Source of the DNA: Candidatus Thorarchaeota archaeon
GTDB taxonomy: Archaea > Asgardarchaeota > Thorarchaeia > Thorarchaeales > Thorarchaeaceae
DNA length: 12,212 bases
NCBI GenBank assembly: GCA_048882385.1
Contig: JBHLRQ010000088.1
Span: 1 to 12,212 of the forward strand
Reading direction: 5' to 3'
This document shows, piece after piece, positions 5,910 to 12,212 of this stretch; position 1 is the stretch's first letter; each line of letters starts with the position of its first letter. Below the pieces are notes generated by a model. It worked only from the letters and a program-made list of their open reading frames with translations, was not told the origin of the DNA and did not search any database. The translations under genes and the position numbers were made by a program.

Positions 5910-8360
5910 CTAGTTCTTTTTCTTTGACAGCACAACAAAAATGAGAGCAATCGCAGCCAATGTAGCGCTTCCAAATATTCCGAGAGGTATCAATGGATCA
6001 AATCCATTTTGTGTGACACTGGTTGTGGTCGTCGACGGAGCTGTGGATGTTATTGTTGTTGTCGATGGAGTGTGTTCAATAATAGTAATGACAAAGACCG
6101 CTGAGCAGTAGTTATCAAATGGATCGTAAGCACGGACTTCCAAATAATATACTCCATTCTCTAATATGGTAGCATTTCGAATAACTCCAGATTCATCTAT
6201 TATGAAGTATAAACTGTCGTTCAACCACCAATGGTGAATACCAGACTCATCCCAAGCTCCGAGTCTTTGAACGAAGGATGTTGTTGACTCGATTGTTTCA
6301 TCAAGTGGTTCAACAATCCAAATGGGAGGAGTTGAGTCTTGGAGGGGGTGTATCAATATAGATAGAATACCAACCAGTACGTTTCCATATGGATCACTCA
6401 CACTCACATTGATAGTATAGCGACCCGTCGGGAGAATTGTGTCATTTGTGATATGCAGTAGATGCCATCCATTTTGATATCCGGTGACGTTGAGCTGCCT
6501 TACTGACAGGTTGAAGTTGATTGTGTCATTGATAGCATATAGTATAATTCCAGATTGATCAGTTGCAATTAGCCCCACATCGACCGACTCACCAAGTTCC
6601 AAAACAATGTCAATGGGACCTACAATCCATTCTGGTGGAGTGATCTCTTGGACGGTCAATTGGAAAACTTTCGAAATGGAGACCCCGTAGATGTTCGTTA
6701 CTATGATTCTCAATCCGTATTGATCGACTGGAAGATCTACAATTGACTGAACAACGCCAGAACTATCAATCGAAAATTGTGAGGTGTCGTTCACTTGCCA
6801 GGTTATTGGAGATGGTGCGGTGGCATCCAGGTCATAATAGAAAGGTTGGTCCCAGTAATCAAGAACTTGGTCAATTGGTAAATCGATCCACTCTGGTGCA
6901 AATGGACTATAGACGAGCGGATGGAGGTCAACATTCCCTGCATTTCCTGGGATGACATAGGAGGTTTCCCCAACCCCATCATCATCAGCATCGGATCCCC
7001 CATAGTCATCATAGAAATTACGATCAATGAAGTTAGAAGATCCAGTGTTTTGATCCCGGATGGTTACTGTATCTGGCAAATAATCATAACCACGTTCAAT
7101 TCGGTTCAATGTCACATTGGTATCTCCAGTCATCGATCCTAAATAGATCCCAACCCAAAAATAGGGATCCCAAGAATCATAATCAACTATAATGTCGTTG
7201 AGAAATATATTATTCCCACTTCCATATTCTAGATCGATACCAAATCGTTCACTGATGATGGAGTTATGAGAGATGATATTATCATCACCATACATGATCC
7301 AAAAGCCTTCATTGAAAACCTCGATGGTGTTATGAGAAAAGATACAATATGACATCATATTTGCACTAAAGCCTACATCATTCTGCGTTATAGTGTTGTA
7401 TGAAAATACACTCTCATCACCATCAATTTCAAATCCAATGAAATTATCAAGCAAAACATTGTGAGTGAAAGTGGTTCTAATGCCAAGGGATCGAATTCCG
7501 TAATCATTGCTAACACAGGTATTGTTAGCCACAATCGCAGGAATCATGTCATTGTAATCATTGAAAAATCTGATACCATAGTAATTGTTTGCGTTGCAGG
7601 TGTTGTTTGAGAGAATGTTTCCATGGGGGTGGTTTAATACATCAATACCATCCTGACCATTCCCATTGCAGGTATTCTTCGTGAAAGTGTTTTGATCAGC
7701 CTCTTCTGCATGAATGCCATCAATCCCATTGCTGACACAGGAATTCCTACTGAATATATTTGAATCGCAGTAGTTCTGATACATCCCATAATTGCTGTTC
7801 CCCGTGCAATCATTGTCTGCAATGGTGTTGTAATCGGAATCGTACATGTATATTCCATGTACGTTACTTGTGCATGTGTTATTTGCAAGTGTGTTGATAT
7901 GAGAACCTATGAGATATATTCCGATTCTGTTGGAACTACACGTGTTATTCCTTAGAACTCCGTAACTCACATTATTCAGGTAAATCCCAGCTCCGGAACC
8001 GATAGAGGCACCAGTCAAATTACAGGATTGGATAGTAAAGTTAACTCGCGTGTTAGTTATGTTAATACAATGGCCGATACCACCAGCTCGGTCTATCTCC
8101 AAACAAACTATCTCATACGGATACTCTGAGGATCCATCTCCGTCCCAACCTTCTGACAGAGCTGTTTGACTGAAATTGTTATCACCGTCAATTGAGATTG
8201 GAGTGTGGGGAGTGTATGCAAGGATAGATCTTGAGCTCTCAATATTGGAATGGAACGTGGTTGAAAATGGAGTTTTGAGAACTGGTGAAATTGGCATCAA
8301 AAGAAGAATGAATACAAATGAACCAACAACCAAGTAGATTCCTTTCCTATGCATGAACAT
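5910..8360 (-). CDS. Cell-surface glycoprotein: signal peptide, right-handed parallel beta-helix (NosD/CASH-like), three cadherin-like beta-sandwich repeats, Ser/Thr linker, C-terminal TM anchor
   Basis: N-terminal hydrophobic stretch after RK; cap HTPISIDGDNNF..EGWDGDGSSEYPYEI; repeated NNTCxxNxxGI rungs; NosD-type tail NFYDDYGGSDADDDGVGETSY..DLHPL; three PxW-initiated ~85-100 aa repeats; TPSTTTITSTAPSTTTTSVT linker; TM helix plus KKKN. AAGGAG at 8364-8369 suits ATG 8354 (9-nt spacing) better than 8360. Confidence 0.92.
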   Translation of the reverse strand: MFMHRKGIYLVVGSFVFILLLMPISPVLKTPFSTTFHSNIESSRSILAYTPHTPISIDGDNNFSQTALSEGWDGDGSSEYPYEIVCLEIDRAGGIGHCINITNTRVNFTIQSCNLTGASIGSGAGIYLNNVSYGVLRNNTCSSNRIGIYLIGSHINTLANNTCTSNVHGIYMYDSDYNTIADNDCTGNSNYGMYQNYCDSNIFSRNSCVSNGIDGIHAEEADQNTFTKNTCNGNGQDGIDVLNHPHGNILSNNTCNANNYYGIRFFNDYNDMIPAIVANNTCVSNDYGIRSLGIRTTFTHNVLLDNFIGFEIDGDESVFSYNTITQNDVGFSANMMSYCIFSHNTIEVFNEGFWIMYGDDNIISHNSIISERFGIDLEYGSGNNIFLNDIIVDYDSWDPYFWVGIYLGSMTGDTNVTLNRIERGYDYLPDTVTIRDQNTGSSNFIDRNFYDDYGGSDADDDGVGETSYVIPGNAGNVDLHPLVYSPFAPEWIDLPIDQVLDYWDQPFYYDLDATAPSPITWQVNDTSQFSIDSSGVVQSIVDLPVDQYGLRIIVTNIYGVSISKVFQLTVQEITPPEWIVGPIDIVLELGESVDVGLIATDQSGIILYAINDTINFNLSVRQLNVTGYQNGWHLLHITNDTILPTGRYTINVSVSDPYGNVLVGILSILIHPLQDSTPPIWIVEPLDETIESTTSFVQRLGAWDESGIHHWWLNDSLYFIIDESGVIRNATILENGVYYLEVRAYDPFDNYCSAVFVITIIEHTPSTTTITSTAPSTTTTSVTQNGFDPLIPLGIFGSATLAAIALIFVVLSKKKN
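6075..6899 (-). repeat. Three tandem cadherin-like/Ig-like protein repeats
   Basis: APEWIDLPIDQ..VNDTSQFSIDSSGVV..YGLRIIVTNIYG; PPEWIVGPIDI..INDTINF..YTINVSVSDPYG; PPIWIVEPLDE..LNDSLYFIIDESGVI..YYLEVRAYDPFD. Confidence 0.75.
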
Positions 8361-8502
8361 GCGCTCCTTTTTGCGACGAAACAGGTAATGGAGTGTTCAT
8401 GGAATTCACTTAGGTTGAGTCATTGTTGTAAGTTATCCACAATCCCTTTCGCATTATTTTCTTGATTTGAATTCTTATTAATGGATTCACACATCATGAT
8501 AG

Positions 8503-8961
8503 TCAAACGTTTAGGGTGCGAATACTCATGAGTCGTTTTGAACTCGAGAACCCCTCAGACTCGTACAATGGGAATCCTTGATCAGAAGCATGAAGGAAAA
8601 TCAATCCAATCTCTTCCTTCTTGCAAACCTCTATGACATGCTTGAGTAATACTCGTCCAACTCCTTTTCCACGATGATCGCGTTCGACGAACATATTTGC
8701 CAGGTAAGCATAGACTCCTCTTTTTTGAGACACCTGTGGCAGGACTCTGAAGGGACTAATACAACAACCAGCTATAACCTCATTATTCTTCTCAACTAAG
8801 AAATAGCGAAAGTATTGTGTCCAATCATCCTTGAGGTATTGTTCTGTAAGCCTCGCAGACTCCTCAATATAATCCTTGGATTCACCCATATCAGTGAACA
8901 TTCCAATTCGATGGTGCAGAATCCACTCACTGTCATCTCTTGTTGCTTCCCGGATTTTCAT
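8503..8961 (-). CDS. GNAT-family N-acetyltransferase
   Basis: MKIREATRDD start; acetyl-CoA motif A YLANMFVERDHRGKGVGRVLL; motif B LHASDQGFPLYESEGF. Confidence 0.95.
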   Translation of the reverse strand: MKIREATRDDSEWILHHRIGMFTDMGESKDYIEESARLTEQYLKDDWTQYFRYFLVEKNNEVIAGCCISPFRVLPQVSQKRGVYAYLANMFVERDHRGKGVGRVLLKHVIEVCKKEEIGLIFLHASDQGFPLYESEGFSSSKRLMSIRTLNV

Positions 8962-9001
8962 TTGTAATTCACACTTCTCTTGTGTTCACTGAGTAGTCTG
9001 A

Positions 9002-9808
9002 CTAGAAACCCAGAAGCGATTCCCTCTTTGCAACTGAATCGAGAACACCTCCACCATCTACATTAATGACCTCACCGACAATGTAACTGGCTCCTTCTGA
9101 GGCGAGAAACACCACAGTTTCAGCAATATCTTCTGGTTCTCCAACTCTCTTTAATGGAACTTCTACGGCAATATATCGTTCAACTTTTTCCAGAGTCCAG
9201 CCAGTTGCTTGTTCAGCCATTTCTTCAGGCTTCCATGTTCTAATCAGTCCAGGCGTGATGCAGTTTACATTAATTCCGAAGGGAGCGAGGTCTCCTGCTA
9301 GGCCAAGTGTCAGTCCAATGAGTCCAGCCTTGCTGGCGGGATATTGAACACCTGATGAGAGGCTACCACTAGTTCCCGCACCACTAGAGATATTGATAAT
9401 CTTTCCATATTTCTGAGGAATCATTTTCTTTGCAACAGCCTTCGCAAAATGAAAAGCTCCTGTCAGGTTCACTGCTATGACCTTGTCCCAAGTTTCTTGA
9501 GATGTTTCTGTTACAATCGCATATCCCCCTGAGATGTATGCATTATTCACAAGGATATCAATTCGCCCGTATTGTATGAAGACATCTTCTACCAAGGCTT
9601 CGACTGCTTTTCTATCTGAAACATCTGCAGTATAAGCAACTGCACTGAACCCCTTTGCTTGTATGTCAGCAGCAACCTTCTTTGCTCCTTCACCATTGAT
9701 ATCCACAACAACCGCAGTGGCCCCTCGTTTTGCAAACGCCCAGCATGTAGCTGCTCCAATTCCCCTAGCAGATCCAGTAACTATAGCAACTCTATCTTTG
9801 AATTCCAA
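9002..9808 (-). CDS. Classical short-chain dehydrogenase/reductase (FabG-like SDR)
   Basis: TGSARGIG Rossmann motif; VVVD acidic residue (suggests NAD(H) preference); NNAY variant of NNAG; IINISS; catalytic YPASK; VNCITPG; PLKRVGEPEDIA; NVDGG. TTG start with GGAG 8 nt upstream (9817-9820). Confidence 0.96.
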   Translation of the reverse strand: MEFKDRVAIVTGSARGIGAATCWAFAKRGATAVVVDINGEGAKKVAADIQAKGFSAVAYTADVSDRKAVEALVEDVFIQYGRIDILVNNAYISGGYAIVTETSQETWDKVIAVNLTGAFHFAKAVAKKMIPQKYGKIINISSGAGTSGSLSSGVQYPASKAGLIGLTLGLAGDLAPFGINVNCITPGLIRTWKPEEMAEQATGWTLEKVERYIAVEVPLKRVGEPEDIAETVVFLASEGASYIVGEVINVDGGGVLDSVAKRESLLGF

Positions 9809-9882
9809 TTCTTTGTCTCCATATGATTCAATGCATATTGATATGAGAGTAACACTCTGCTATTAGAAAATAGCGAATCTGG

Positions 9883-9888
9883 TATAAG
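9883..9888 (+). promoter_or_regulatory. Putative TATA box for the M20 gene
   Basis: TATAAG about 30 nt upstream of TTG 9918 in the divergent intergenic region. Confidence 0.3.
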
Positions 9889-9917
9889 TTTGTTCAGGGG
9901 AAACTTCAAGATATGGA

Positions 9918-11114
9918 TTGTCTACTTGGGATGCGAGTAAAATGCTGAAGGACAGGGTTGTTGAATATATCGACGAAATAAGTCAGAAGTTGATTGAGAT
10001 AAGTGATGAGATTCATCGTAATCCAGAGTTGGCTTTCAAAGAGGTCATCGCTTCAAAACTTTTGGCAGAGGAACTGAAGAAAGCTGGTTTTGAGGTAGAG
10101 TTAGGTGTTGCAGGGATGGAAACTGCAATTCTAGCAATCCATCCAGAGAAATCAGAAGGACCGACTGTCGCAATCCTTGGAGAATACGATGCTCTCCCTG
10201 AGATAGGACATGCCTGTGGTCACAACCTCATCGCCGCAGCTGGTCTTGGTGCAAGCCTTGCTTTGGGAGTTGCAAAGAAGGACCTTCCTGGAAAACTGAT
10301 CTTCATGGGAACACCTGCTGAAGAAGACATTGGAGGAAAGATCGCAATGATCAATGCAGGTCTGTTCAAAGGTGTTGATGCAGCTATGATGTTTCACCCC
10401 TCTGCAGGATACACAATGGTTGGGCGAAAGGGACTTGCTTTGACTGAGGTTATTATTGAGTTCCATGGAAAACCTGCTCATGCAGCAGCAAGTCCGGAAA
10501 AAGGAATCAATGCACTCGATGCTATTATCCAGACATTCAATGGAATCAATGCAATGCGTCAACACATCTTGAGTTCATCAAGAATTCACGGTGTGATCAC
10601 TAATGGAGGAATAAAGCCAAACATTGTACCTGAGTATGCTTCTGCATCTTTCTATGTGAGAGCTAAGAAGGATGACTATTGCAAAGAATTAGTGAAAAAA
10701 GTAGAGAATTGTGCCAAGGGAGCAGCGAAAGCAACAGGTGCGAAATTAAAATTCAAAGTTGTATCACCGTCATATCAATCACGAAATGTGAACAAGGTGA
10801 TGGGAGATCTGTTCATAGAGAATCTCAAAATACTTGAAGAACCGATCAAACCATTGCCTGAGGGCAGTGGTGCTGGTTCGAGTGATATTGGAAATGTGAG
10901 TCAAGTTGTTCCAGCAATTCATCCCTACATCTCAATATGCGATGATAGCATAGCTGGACATTCTCAAGAATTTGCAGCCGCTGCCGCTTCATACCATGGA
11001 AATAGGGGAATGTTAGTTGCAGCAAAAGCTCTTGCAATGACTGCAATAGACTTGTTGACAGATTCTAAAGTAATGGAACGAGTGAGAAAGGAGTTTGAAA
11101 ACAACAAGTCTTAG
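9918..11114 (+). CDS. M20 family amidohydrolase/peptidase, Acy1L2 (PM20D2-like) subfamily
   Basis: Motifs IHRNPELAFKE, LGEYDALP, GHACGHN, GTPAEE, AAMMFHP, FHGKPAHAA..PEKGINALDA, GSSDIGNVS and AGHS. Start is TTG 9918 or ATG 9942. Confidence 0.96.
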   Translation: MSTWDASKMLKDRVVEYIDEISQKLIEISDEIHRNPELAFKEVIASKLLAEELKKAGFEVELGVAGMETAILAIHPEKSEGPTVAILGEYDALPEIGHACGHNLIAAAGLGASLALGVAKKDLPGKLIFMGTPAEEDIGGKIAMINAGLFKGVDAAMMFHPSAGYTMVGRKGLALTEVIIEFHGKPAHAAASPEKGINALDAIIQTFNGINAMRQHILSSSRIHGVITNGGIKPNIVPEYASASFYVRAKKDDYCKELVKKVENCAKGAAKATGAKLKFKVVSPSYQSRNVNKVMGDLFIENLKILEEPIKPLPEGSGAGSSDIGNVSQVVPAIHPYISICDDSIAGHSQEFAAAAASYHGNRGMLVAAKALAMTAIDLLTDSKVMERVRKEFENNKS

Positions 11115-11152
11115 CCATTCTTTAGTGTCATCCTAAACACACATCTAAGTCA

Positions 11153-12212
11153 CTATACCTCAGACTTACTGATTCGTTGTCGTCGATTCAGGAAATACAT
11201 GATGAGAACACTACAACTGAGTCCAATTCCTACACCAATTCCAAGTATTCCCAAGCTTGTGGGAAAGTCTATCGGAATACCAATAGTTGTAGAAGTGGTG
11301 GAAGTTTCATTGTTTAGTCCGTTGTCTATTTGAAAGACGAATACAACCTGAATCCAGTTCCCAGCCGCATCTGTTGCATCCACAAAGAGGCTATGGAATC
11401 CATCAATCATTGGAGCTGTCGTTACAAAGGGAACATCCCATTCAGTCCACTCGGCCAAATCCCAATGGAACTTGACATTTGTCAGATGTGAATCCAAGAT
11501 GTCAACAGTGATAATCGTACCTCCTATTATTGGAATTCCCTCAACTGGTGAAGAGAGAGTAATCTCCGGAAACGTATTATCAATCACAAACTCGAATGAT
11601 TCAGAGTGGCTATTTCCAGCCTCATCAGTTGCATTGATGATCAGCTGATGTATGCCTTCAATTGGAGGTGCAAAGAGTGCAAAGGATGAATCTTCATAAT
11701 AGACCGTGTCTGAAGAATCCCATCTACATCCTACTGAGTCAAAATGAAGATCTGTTATCTGGAAATTCATCTGAGTTCCAGTCTGAAGAACGGCATAGTT
11801 ACTGATATTCAGAAGAGAGATTGTGGGAGGAGTATCATCTGTGAAGAACTGATAATGTGTCAGTCGCTGATTTCCCGCGATGTCTGTTGCATTCACAAAC
11901 AAATCATGAACACCCTCAGTAGCTGGAAGTGGTGTTTCGAACTCTGGTTCAAAAAAGGAATCGTCATCCTGATCCCAGTGGTAGGATACTATGTTGAGGT
12001 GTGTATCATTGATTTCAAGTTGAATATTCGTACCTCCATTCATACTTGAGCAGTTCAATTGACTTGTGAGTGAAATATCTGGTAGCGTATCATCACATGT
12101 CAATGAGAACTGGGTATAGTTCCAATTACCTGCTGCGTCTGTTGAATTCACGTGGAAAATATGAACTCCATCACCTGAGGGCAGATATGTCTGATAAGGT
12201 TCGGGAAATGGA
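11153..12212 (-). CDS. Ig-like tandem-repeat surface protein with C-terminal TM anchor; 5' end outside the window (partial)
   Basis: The frame stays open upstream of the track's GTG 12151 to the edge (PFPEPYQTYLPSGDGVHIFHVNSTDAAGNW). Three complete 85-86 aa repeats, a Ser/Thr linker, TM LGILGIGVGIGLSCSVLIMYFL and a basic tail NRRQRISKSEV. Confidence 0.9.
   Translation of the reverse strand, partial: PFPEPYQTYLPSGDGVHIFHVNSTDAAGNWNYTQFSLTCDDTLPDISLTSQLNCSSMNGGTNIQLEINDTHLNIVSYHWDQDDDSFFEPEFETPLPATEGVHDLFVNATDIAGNQRLTHYQFFTDDTPPTISLLNISNYAVLQTGTQMNFQITDLHFDSVGCRWDSSDTVYYEDSSFALFAPPIEGIHQLIINATDEAGNSHSESFEFVIDNTFPEITLSSPVEGIPIIGGTIITVDILDSHLTNVKFHWDLAEWTEWDVPFVTTAPMIDGFHSLFVDATDAAGNWIQVVFVFQIDNGLNNETSTTSTTIGIPIDFPTSLGILGIGVGIGLSCSVLIMYFLNRRQRISKSEV
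11321..12212 (-). repeat. Tandem ~85-aa bacterial-Ig-like repeats (3 complete plus 1 partial)
   Basis: Shared pattern D(D/N)TxPxI(S/T)L..G..I.DxH...V...WD..P..(E/D)GxHxL...ATDxAGN; repeat lengths 85, 86 and 85 aa. Confidence 0.85.

Noticed and set aside
6743-7888. Short ORFs 6743-6955, 6803-7027, 6921-7142 and 7634-7888
   Set aside because: They are alternative-frame or antisense shadows inside the beta-helix gene; the Met/Thr/Ile runs come from shifted Asp/Asn codons.
5910-8360. Assigning gene symbol nosD
   Set aside because: Only the generic beta-helix fold is shared. There are no nosZ/F/Y/L genes, and the architecture is that of a surface protein.
8347-8400. 17-codon minus-strand uORF overlapping the beta-helix gene start
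   Set aside because: It is very short, has no SD and no leader-peptide composition, so it is likely chance.
8433-8441. Perfect DnaA-box sequence TTATCCACA in an intergenic spacer
   Set aside because: It is a single copy with no box cluster or replication genes nearby, in an archaeal-looking context.
9002-9808. Assigning fabG
   Set aside because: It is a generic classical SDR with an acidic residue after beta-2 and NNAY, and there are no fatty-acid synthesis neighbours.
9663-12049. ORFs 9663-9866, 10152-10565, 10846-11046 and 11744-12049
   Set aside because: They are antisense shadows of the SDR, M20 and Ig-repeat genes; the Cys richness derives from reverse-complemented GCA/ACA triplets.
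1-12212. CRISPR arrays, tRNA/rRNA, transposases, integrases, defence systems
   Set aside because: I saw no regularly spaced DNA repeats, cloverleaf structures or corresponding protein motifs, and all spacers are under 230 nt.

Overview
Gene-dense window that looks archaeal. An Asgard (Thorarchaeota-like) origin is inferred, not proven, from GGTGA/GGAG ribosome-binding motifs and from surface proteins with a beta-helix, cadherin-like or Ig-like repeats, many N-glycosylation sequons and a C-terminal membrane anchor. Gene order: (-) FtsX-family ABC permease, truncated by the left edge and missed by the ORF track; (-) LolD/MacB-like ABC ATPase; (+) divergent ArsR-type wHTH regulator with an 8-Cys C-terminal zinc finger; (-) membrane-anchored metallo-beta-lactamase-fold hydrolase; (+) small TPR protein; (-) LLM-class flavin oxidoreductase; (-) 816-aa beta-helix (NosD-like) surface glycoprotein; (-) GNAT; (-) SDR; (+) M20 amidohydrolase; (-) Ig-like repeat surface protein truncated by the right edge. 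I saw no rRNA, tRNA, CRISPR array or mobile element. Most genes belong to ordinary families. The best novelty candidate is the ArsR regulator, whose zinc finger has FYVE/Rab-effector-like Cys spacing. Next come the structured 228-nt intergenic region upstream of the LLM gene and the modular surface proteins.
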